Shown here in pieces: positions 1 through 6,330 of a stretch of DNA of 7,793 nucleotides. The DNA is taken from IMG/VR virus record IMGVR_UViG_2744054872_000002; one strand, given 5' to 3'. Source of the stretch: a virus (taxonomy: Duplodnaviria; Heunggongvirae; Uroviricota; Caudoviricetes). The position numbers were made by a program, and so were the translations under genes. The notes below the pieces were generated by a model that saw only the letters and a program-made list of their open reading frames with translations, had not been told where the DNA came from and made no database searches. Positions within the stretch are counted from its first letter, which is position 1, and each line of letters starts with the position of its first letter.

Positions 1-469
1 TTAATACCCCAGCGCGATAAAACAACAATCTTCGGTGCCCTCTCCGGATGGCGACCAGTTCTGAATACTGATATGCGTTCTGCTGGCAATACGCACATTC
101 ATCGCGGCATTGTAGCCAGATGTTCCACGGTTTCCGGTCGCAAATAAGCCTGCATAGGGAAAAGCAAATGGTAAGGCATATCCAGCATCAGCTCCCTTTT
201 GTGTTGCCACCGTTCCCCACTGCAACATAAGTTTCACCGGGTTTCCTGTCGTCGCAATGCATGGAATGTAGATGTAGCCATTCCCTGACATCATTGACCT
301 GAAGCTGTCTAAATCCAGTAACTTCGAGGCATTATCTGCTCCAACATCTCGTGTTGCGGCGGTCCCTAACTGGAGCGCATTTCGGAAGGCTGATACATCA
401 GAAATATCAGCTCCATTAGCCGATTTCTGCATAGCTCCGGAGGCTTTATTTATCGTTTCTCCCAAACCA
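1..469 (-). CDS. Tail-fibre variable C-terminal (receptor-binding) cassette inside an invertible segment; silent orientation, lacks the constant N-terminal part (outside window)
   Basis: The minus-strand frame is open from 510 to a TAA stop at 3-1. The translation carries a QWG...LPFAFP motif and a Gly/Ala/Thr-rich C-terminus, typical of Mu S / P1 S / lambda Stf-type fibre tips. It begins at the crossover site next to the invertase gene and reads away from it, as Mu S'v does relative to gixR and gin. The ATG at 510 is probably incidental, since the real protein would be made only after fusion to the constant fibre part. Confidence 0.6.
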
Positions 470-482
470 ACGTTTAAGAAAA
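457..482. other. gix/hix-like 26-bp recombination crossover site (imperfect 12-bp inverted half-sites around a central AA)
   Basis: Sequence TTCTCCCAAACC-AA-CGTTTAAGAAAA. The left half-site matches the remembered Mu gix half-site TTATCCAAAACC at 10 of 12 positions, and the right half-site (reverse complement TTTTCTTAAACG) at 8 of 12. It has the AAACC-NN-GGTTT-like core and lies about 56-80 bp upstream of the invertase start codon. Confidence 0.6.
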
Positions 483-537
483 TGCAGAGGTAACAGCTAA
501 CTGGCATCATCCCCGGTTTTTATTCAGGGGGATAATC

Positions 538-1131
538 ATGCTTATTGGCTATGTACGCGTGTCAACAAATGACCAGAACACGGAATTGCAGCGTAACGCG
601 CTGGAGTGCGCAGGATGTGAGCTGATTTTTGAGGATAAAATCAGCGGCACTAAGTCCGACCGACCGGGACTGAAAAAACTGCTCAGGACATTATCGGAGG
701 GGGATACACTGGTGGTCTGGAAGCTGGACAGGCTGGGGCGTAGTATGCGGCATCTGGTCATTCTGGTTGAGGAACTGCGCGAACGCGGCGTTAATTTTCG
801 CAGCCTGACGGATGCTATTGATACCAGCACGCCGATGGGGCGTTTTTTCTTTCATGTGATGGGTGCCCTGGCTGAAATGGAACGAGAACTCATTGTCGAG
901 CGGACACGCGCCGGGCTGGAAGCGGCCAGAGCTAAAGGTCGTATTGGTGGCAGACGTCCGAAGCTCACCGCGAGTGAGTGGGAACAGGCAGGACGGTTGC
1001 TGGCTGCGGGTGAATCACGTCAACGCGTGGCGCTGATTTTTGATATTGGCCTGTCCACGCTCTATAAAAAATTCCCCTCATCAGCGACAAAGAATAAATT
1101 GTGTCATCCCTTAGCCAACCGGGACAAATAG
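538..1131 (+). CDS. Site-specific DNA invertase, small serine recombinase (Gin/Hin/Pin/Cin family)
   Basis: 197 aa. N-terminus MLIGYVRVSTNDQ carries the catalytic Ser in the YxRVST motif. Also present are GDTLVVWKLDRLGRS, MGRFFFHVMGALAEMERELI and a C-terminal GRIGGR plus helix-turn-helix region, nearly collinear with Gin, Hin and Pin as I recall them. Shine-Dalgarno AGGGGG lies at 525-530 before the ATG at 538. Confidence 0.93.
   Translation: MLIGYVRVSTNDQNTELQRNALECAGCELIFEDKISGTKSDRPGLKKLLRTLSEGDTLVVWKLDRLGRSMRHLVILVEELRERGVNFRSLTDAIDTSTPMGRFFFHVMGALAEMERELIVERTRAGLEAARAKGRIGGRRPKLTASEWEQAGRLLAAGESRQRVALIFDIGLSTLYKKFPSSATKNKLCHPLANRDK
621..682. promoter_or_regulatory. Candidate Fis-dependent recombinational enhancer within the invertase 5' coding region
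   Basis: A perfect 9-bp inverted repeat GCTGATTTT / AAAATCAGC (621-629 and 637-645) is followed by an A6 tract in GACTGAAAAAACTGC (668-682); both contain G-N13-C 15-mers with AT-rich centres. In Hin, Gin and Cin systems the enhancer lies inside the first ~150 bp of the invertase gene. Exact Fis sites cannot be fixed by eye. Confidence 0.3.
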
Positions 1132-1190
1132 CCTGACATCTCCGGCACAACTGAAAATATCACTCACCCATTAACCACGGAGTTAAACGG

Positions 1191-2381
1191 ATGAGTGACT
1201 ATCATCACGGCGTGCAGGTGCTGGAGATTAACGACGGCACCCGTGTCATTTCCACCGTATCCACTGCCATTGTTGGCATGGTCTGCACGGCCAGCGATGC
1301 GGATGCGGAAACCTTCCCCCTCAATAAACCGGTGCTGATTACCAATGTGCAGAGCGCAATTGCAAAGGCCGGTAAAAAAGGCACGCTGGCGGCGTCGTTG
1401 CAGGCCATCGCCGACCAGTCAAAACCGGTCACCGTTGTTGTGCGCGTGGAGGACGGCACCGGCGACGACGAAGAAACGAAACTCGCGCAGACCGTTTCCA
1501 ATATCATCGGCACCACTGACGAAAACGGTCAGTACACCGGACTGAAAGCCCTGCTGGCGGCGGAGTCGGTAACCGGTGTTAAACCGCGTATTCTTGGTGT
1601 GCCGGGACTGGATACCAAAGAGGTGGCTGTAGCACTGGCATCAGTCTGTCAGAAGCTGCGCGCTTTCGGGTATATCAGCGCATGGGGCTGTAAGACCATT
1701 TCCGAGGTGAAAGCCTACCGCCAGAATTTCAGCCAGCGTGAGCTGATGGTCATCTGGCCGGATTTCCTCGCATGGGATACGGTCACCAGTACCACCGCCA
1801 CCGCGTATGCCACCGCCCGTGCGCTGGGGCTGCGCGCTAAAATCGACCAGGAGCAGGGCTGGCATAAAACGCTGTCCAACGTCGGGGTGAACGGTGTTAC
1901 CGGCATCAGCGCATCTGTATTCTGGGATTTGCAGGAGTCCGGCACCGATGCTGACCTGCTTAACGAGTCAGGCGTCACTACGCTGATTCGTCGCGACGGT
2001 TTCCGCTTCTGGGGTAACCGTACCTGCTCCGATGACCCGCTGTTCCTCTTTGAAAACTACACCCGCACCGCGCAGGTGCTGGCCGACACGATGGCTGAGG
2101 CGCACATGTGGGCGGTGGACAAGCCCATCACTGCAACGCTGATTCGCGACATCGTTGACGGCATCAATGCCAAATTCCGTGAGCTGAAAACAAACGGCTA
2201 TATCGTGGATGCGACCTGCTGGTTTAGCGAAGAATCCAACGATGCGGAAACCCTCAAGGCCGGAAAACTGTATATCGACTACGACTATACACCGGTGCCT
2301 CCTCTCGAAAACCTGACCCTGCGCCAGCGTATTACCGATAAATACCTGGCGAATCTGGTCACCTCGGTTAACAGCAATTAA
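1191..2381 (+). CDS. FI: Contractile tail sheath protein (P2 gpFI-like)
   Basis: 396 aa, the length I recall for P2 FI, with N-terminus MSDYHHGVQVLEINDGTRVISTVSTAIVG. GGAG Shine-Dalgarno lies at 1179-1182 and the gene is first in the FI-FII-E-T-U-D order. Confidence 0.95.
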   Translation: MSDYHHGVQVLEINDGTRVISTVSTAIVGMVCTASDADAETFPLNKPVLITNVQSAIAKAGKKGTLAASLQAIADQSKPVTVVVRVEDGTGDDEETKLAQTVSNIIGTTDENGQYTGLKALLAAESVTGVKPRILGVPGLDTKEVAVALASVCQKLRAFGYISAWGCKTISEVKAYRQNFSQRELMVIWPDFLAWDTVTSTTATAYATARALGLRAKIDQEQGWHKTLSNVGVNGVTGISASVFWDLQESGTDADLLNESGVTTLIRRDGFRFWGNRTCSDDPLFLFENYTRTAQVLADTMAEAHMWAVDKPITATLIRDIVDGINAKFRELKTNGYIVDATCWFSEESNDAETLKAGKLYIDYDYTPVPPLENLTLRQRITDKYLANLVTSVNSN

Positions 2382-2393
2382 GGAGCCTGACCG

Positions 2394-2912
2394 ATGGCAA
2401 TGCCGCGCAAACTCAAGTTAATGAACGTCTTTCTGAACGGCTACAGCTATCAGGGCGTCGCAAAGTCCGTCACGCTGCCAAAACTGACCCGTAAGCTCGA
2501 AAACTATCGCGGTGCGGGGATGAACGGCAGCGCACCGGTAGACCTCGGCCTTGATGACGATGCGCTGTCAATGGATTGGTCGCTCGGGGGCTTCCCGGAT
2601 TCGGTTATCTGGGAGCTTTACGCCGCAACCGGTGTGGATGCCGTACCGATTCGTTTTGCAGGCTCTTACCAGCATGACGATACCGGCGAAACGGTGGCCG
2701 TCGAGGTGGTCATGCGTGGACGTCAGAAAGAAATCGACACCGGCGAGGGTAAACAGGGAGAAGACACTGAGTCGAAAATCTCCGTGGTCTGCACCTATTT
2801 CCGGCTGACGATGGACGGTAAGGAGCTGGTCGAAATTGACACCATCAACATGATTGAGAAGGTGAACGGCGTCGACCGGCTGGAGCAACACCGCCGCAAT
2901 ATCGGCCTGTGA
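2394..2912 (+). CDS. FII: Tail tube protein (P2 gpFII-like)
   Basis: 172 aa, immediately downstream of the sheath gene, with AGGAG Shine-Dalgarno at 2381-2385. Sequence MAMPRKLKLMNVFLNGYSYQGVAKSVTLPKL matches P2 FII as I recall it. Confidence 0.95.
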   Translation: MAMPRKLKLMNVFLNGYSYQGVAKSVTLPKLTRKLENYRGAGMNGSAPVDLGLDDDALSMDWSLGGFPDSVIWELYAATGVDAVPIRFAGSYQHDDTGETVAVEVVMRGRQKEIDTGEGKQGEDTESKISVVCTYFRLTMDGKELVEIDTINMIEKVNGVDRLEQHRRNIGL

Positions 2913-2921
2913 TTTTCATCC

Positions 2922-2940
2922 GGTCAGCCTGGCTGGCCGG
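2922..2940 (+). other. Short GC-rich hairpin in the FII-E intergenic spacer (possible RNA structure or attenuator, not a clear intrinsic terminator)
   Basis: CGGTCAG (2922-2928) can pair with CTGGCCG (2934-2940) through one G-U wobble, with a 5-nt loop. It is followed only by TT and then AACCC, so there is no U-tract. Confidence 0.2.
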
Positions 2941-2968
2941 TTAACCCTGATTCAGAAGTGAGAAAACC

Positions 2969-3244
2969 ATGAACAAAGAAAATGTCATTACCCTGGACAA
3001 TCCGGTCAAACGTGGTGAGCAGGTTATCGAACAGGTCACGCTGATGAAACCCAATGCCGGGACGCTACGCGGTGTCAGTCTGGCTGCGGTTGCAAACTCC
3101 GAAGTCGATGCACTGATTAAGGTGCTGCCGCGCATGACGGCACCGATGCTGACCGAGCAGGAAGTCGCCGCGCTGGAACTGCCTGACCTTGTGGCGCTGG
3201 CCGGTAAGGTGGTCGGTTTTTTGTCGCCGAACTCGGTGCAGTGA
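2969..3244 (+). CDS. E: Tail assembly chaperone gpE (zero-frame product)
   Basis: 91 aa, MNKENVITLDNPVKRGEQ..., ending at TGA 3242-3244. It sits between the tube and tape-measure genes as in P2. Confidence 0.9.
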   Translation: MNKENVITLDNPVKRGEQVIEQVTLMKPNAGTLRGVSLAAVANSEVDALIKVLPRMTAPMLTEQEVAALELPDLVALAGKVVGFLSPNSVQ

Positions 3245-3396
3245 CGTTTCCGAAAAATCTCTCGGTCGATGACCTGATGGCGGATGTGGCAGTGATATTT
3301 CACTGGCCGCCATCAGAACTGTATCCCATGAGCCTGACCGAACTCATCACATGGCGCGAAAAGGCGCTCCGGCGAAGCGGAAACACGAATGAGTAA
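2969..3396 (+). CDS. E+E': Tail assembly chaperone gpE+E', produced by programmed -1 ribosomal frameshift near 3217-3223
   Basis: After a -1 slip on TTTTTTG the frame starting at 3223 reads VAELGAVTFPKNLSVDDLMADVAVIFHWPPSELYPMSLTELITWREKALRRSGNTNE and stops at TAA 3394-3396, overlapping the T start at 3389. This is the same architecture as P2 E/E' and lambda G/GT. Confidence 0.8.
3217..3223 (+). promoter_or_regulatory. -1 frameshift slippery heptamer T_TTT_TTG
   Basis: Zero-frame codons are GGT TTT TTG (3215-3223). The T6G run lies 19 nt before the E stop codon, and the -1 frame is open from this point to 3396. Confidence 0.8.
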
Positions 3397-5836
3397 CAAT
3401 GTAAAATTACAGGTATTGCTCAGGGCTGTTGACCAGGCATCCCGCCCGTTTAAATCCATCCGCACAGCGAGTAAGTCGCTGTCGGGGGATATCCGGGAAA
3501 CACAAAAATCACTGCGCGAGCTGAACGGTCAGGCATCCCGTATTGAGGGATTTCGCAAGACCAGTGCACAGCTCGCCGTGACTGGTCATGCACTTGAAAA
3601 GGCACGGCAGGAGGCCGAAGCCCTTGCCACACAGTTTAAAAACACCGAACGTCCGACCCGTGCTCAGGCGAAAGTGCTGGAATCCGCAAAGCGTGCGGCG
3701 GAGGACTTACAGGCGAAATATAACCGCCTGACGGATTCCGTTAAACGCCAGCAACGGGAACTGGCCGTTGTGGGAATTAATACCCGCAATCTTGCACATG
3801 ATGAGCAGGGACTGAAAAACCGTATCAGTGAAACCACCGCACAGCTTAACCGGCAGCGCGACGCGCTGGCGCGTATCAGTGCACAACAGGCAAAACTTAA
3901 CGCAGTAAAACAGCGTTATCAGGCCGGAAAAGAACTGGCCGGAAATATGGCCTCGGTGGGCGCTGCCGGTGTGGGGATTGCGGCGGCGGGAACGATGGCC
4001 GGAGTTAAGCTGCTGATGCCCGGTTATGAGTTTGCGCAGAAAAACTCAGAATTGCAGGCCGTGCTCGGTGTGGCAAAAGATTCCGCCGAAATGGCCGCGC
4101 TCCGCAAACAGGCGCGCCAGCTCGGCGACAATACCGCCGCCTCGGCGGATGATGCGGCCGGTGCACAGATAATCATCGCGAAAGCGGGTGGGGATGTTGA
4201 TGCCATTCAGGCGGCAACGCCGGTCACGCTGAATATGGCGCTGGCGAACCGCCGCACGATGGAAGAAAACGCCGCCCTGCTGATGGGGATGAAATCCGCC
4301 TTTCAGCTTTCAAACGATAAGGTCGCTCATATCGGGGATGTTCTCTCCATGACGATGAACAAAACCGCCGCCGATTTTGACGGCATGAGCGATGCGCTGA
4401 CCTATGCCGCACCTGTGGCAAAAAATGCCGGTGTCAGCATTGAAGAAACCGCCGCAATGGTCGGGGCGCTGCATGATGCAAAAATCACAGGCTCAATGGC
4501 GGGGACGGGAAGCCGTGCCGTGTTAAGCCGCCTGCAGGCACCGACGGGAAAAGCATGGGATGCACTCAAAGAGCTTGGTGTGAAAACCTCAGACAGCAAG
4601 GGAAACACCCGACCAATATTTACCATTCTGAAAGAAATGCAGGCCAGTTTTGAGAAAAACCGGCTCGGTACTGCCCAGCAGGCTGAATACATGAAAACTA
4701 TTTTCGGGGAGGAGGCCAGCTCAGCCGCCGCCGTGCTGATGACTGCCGCCTCAACCGGAAAGCTGGACAAACTGACCGCTGCGTTTAAAGCCTCAGACGG
4801 GAAGACCGCCGAGCTGGTAAATATCATGCAGGACAACCTAGGCGGTGACTTTAAAGAGTTTCAGTCCGCTTATGAGGCGGTAGGGACAGACCTGTTTGAC
4901 CAGCAGGAAGGCGCACTGCGTAAGCTCACACAGACGGCCACAAAGTATGTGTTAAAACTCGACGGCTGGATACAGAAAAACAAATCACTGGCGTCAACCA
5001 TTGGCATCATTGCCGGTGGCGCGCTGGCGCTTATTGGCATCATCGGTGCCATTGGTCTTGTAGCCTGGCCGGTTATCACTGGCATCAATGCCATCATCGC
5101 GGCAGCAGGCGCAATGGGGGCAATCTTCACGACGGTTGGCAGTGCTGTTATGACGGCCATCGGGGCGATTAGCTGGCCGGTTGTGGCCGTGGTGGCCGCA
5201 ATTGTCGCCGGGGCGTTGCTTATCCGTAAATACTGGGAGCCTGTCAGCGCATTCTTTGGCGGTGTGGTGGAAGGGCTGAAAGCGGCATTTGCGCCGGTGG
5301 GGGAACTGTTCACGCCACTTAAACCGGTGTTTGACTGGCTGGGTGAAAAGTTACAGGCCGCGTGGCAGTGGTTTAAAAACCTGATCGCCCCGGTCAAAGC
5401 CACCCAGGACACCCTGAACCGTTGCCGTGACACGGGCGTCATGTTCGGGCAGGCACTGGCTGACGCGCTGATGCTGCCGCTTAATGCGTTCAATAAACTG
5501 CGCAGTGGTATTGACTGGGTACTGGAAAAACTCGGTGTTATCAACAAAGAGTCAGACACACTTGACCAGACCGCCGCCAGAACTCAAGCCGCCACGTATG
5601 GCAGCGGTGGTTATATTCCGGCGACCAGCTCTTATGCAGGTTATCAGGCTTATCAGCCGGTCACGGCACCGGCTGGCCGCTCTTATGTAGACCAGAGTAA
5701 AAACGAATATCACATCAGCCTGACGGGTGGTACTGCGCCGGGGACACAGCTCGACCGCCAGTTACAGGATGCGCTCGAAAAATACGAGCGGGATAAACGT
5801 GCGCGCGCCCGTGCCAGCATGATGCATGACGGTTAA
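3389..5836 (+). CDS. T: Tail tape measure protein (P2 gpT-like)
   Basis: 815 aa, with a coiled-coil-like Q/R/A/L-rich N-terminal third and a long Gly/Ala/Ile-rich hydrophobic segment (LASTIGIIAGGALALIGIIGAIGLVAWPVITGINAIIAAAGAMGAIF...) typical of tape measure proteins. It directly follows E/E'. Confidence 0.95.
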   Translation: MSNNVKLQVLLRAVDQASRPFKSIRTASKSLSGDIRETQKSLRELNGQASRIEGFRKTSAQLAVTGHALEKARQEAEALATQFKNTERPTRAQAKVLESAKRAAEDLQAKYNRLTDSVKRQQRELAVVGINTRNLAHDEQGLKNRISETTAQLNRQRDALARISAQQAKLNAVKQRYQAGKELAGNMASVGAAGVGIAAAGTMAGVKLLMPGYEFAQKNSELQAVLGVAKDSAEMAALRKQARQLGDNTAASADDAAGAQIIIAKAGGDVDAIQAATPVTLNMALANRRTMEENAALLMGMKSAFQLSNDKVAHIGDVLSMTMNKTAADFDGMSDALTYAAPVAKNAGVSIEETAAMVGALHDAKITGSMAGTGSRAVLSRLQAPTGKAWDALKELGVKTSDSKGNTRPIFTILKEMQASFEKNRLGTAQQAEYMKTIFGEEASSAAAVLMTAASTGKLDKLTAAFKASDGKTAELVNIMQDNLGGDFKEFQSAYEAVGTDLFDQQEGALRKLTQTATKYVLKLDGWIQKNKSLASTIGIIAGGALALIGIIGAIGLVAWPVITGINAIIAAAGAMGAIFTTVGSAVMTAIGAISWPVVAVVAAIVAGALLIRKYWEPVSAFFGGVVEGLKAAFAPVGELFTPLKPVFDWLGEKLQAAWQWFKNLIAPVKATQDTLNRCRDTGVMFGQALADALMLPLNAFNKLRSGIDWVLEKLGVINKESDTLDQTAARTQAATYGSGGYIPATSSYAGYQAYQPVTAPAGRSYVDQSKNEYHISLTGGTAPGTQLDRQLQDALEKYERDKRARARASMMHDG

Positions 5837-5850
5837 GGAGGTGACGAAAA

Positions 5851-6330
5851 ATGATGCTCGCGTTAGGTATGTTTGTTTTTATGCGCCAGACGCTGCCACA
5901 CCAGACCATGCAGCGTGAATCAGATTATCGCTGGCCGTCAAATTCCCGTATCGGTAAACGGGATGCCTTTCAGTTTCTCGGTGTGGGTGAGGAAAACATC
6001 ACGCTTGCCGGTGTGCTTTATCCCGAACTGACCGGCGGCAAGCTGACGATGACCACGCTCAGGCTGATGGCAGAGGAAGGCCGGGCGTGGCCGTTGCTGG
6101 ATGGCACCGGCATGATTTACGGCATGTATGTCATCAGCAGGGTGAGTGAAACAGGGAGTATTTTCTTTGCAGACGGCACACCCCGGAAAATTGATTTTAC
6201 GCTGTCGCTCACCCGCGTTGATGAATCACTGGCCGCGCTTTATGGCGATATCGGTAAACAGGCGGAGTCGCTCATCGGTAAGGCCGGCAGTATGGCGACC
6301 AGATTCACAGGTATGACGGGGGCGGGATAA
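5851..6330 (+). CDS. U: Tail protein gpU-like (tail terminator/completion)
   Basis: 159 aa, directly after T with GGAGG Shine-Dalgarno at 5838-5842. Its stop overlaps the next start as TAATG. Confidence 0.9.
   Translation: MMLALGMFVFMRQTLPHQTMQRESDYRWPSNSRIGKRDAFQFLGVGEENITLAGVLYPELTGGKLTMTTLRLMAEEGRAWPLLDGTGMIYGMYVISRVSETGSIFFADGTPRKIDFTLSLTRVDESLAALYGDIGKQAESLIGKAGSMATRFTGMTGAG

Noticed and set aside
511-531. CCCCGG...CAGGGGG inverted repeat or second crossover-like site upstream of the invertase start
   Set aside because: It contains GGTTTTT but the opposing half lacks the AAACC core. It is better explained as the invertase ribosome-binding region; the 457-482 site is a far better match.
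1345-1545. 66-aa extremely basic +strand ORF in an alternate frame inside FI
   Set aside because: It overlaps the sheath gene out of frame, with Arg-rich composition typical of frame-shifted GC-rich coding DNA, and has no ribosome-binding site.
4402-4836. 144-aa minus-strand ORF antisense to T
   Set aside because: Same reasoning: antisense to a confidently assigned gene, low complexity, no start context.
4870-5559. 229-aa minus-strand ORF antisense to the tape measure gene
   Set aside because: It is low-complexity (Ala/Pro/Ser/Thr-rich), has no ribosome-binding site, and lies wholly inside the well-supported T gene; it is the mirror of T's Gly/Ala-rich hydrophobic segment. Treated as a GC-driven spurious ORF.
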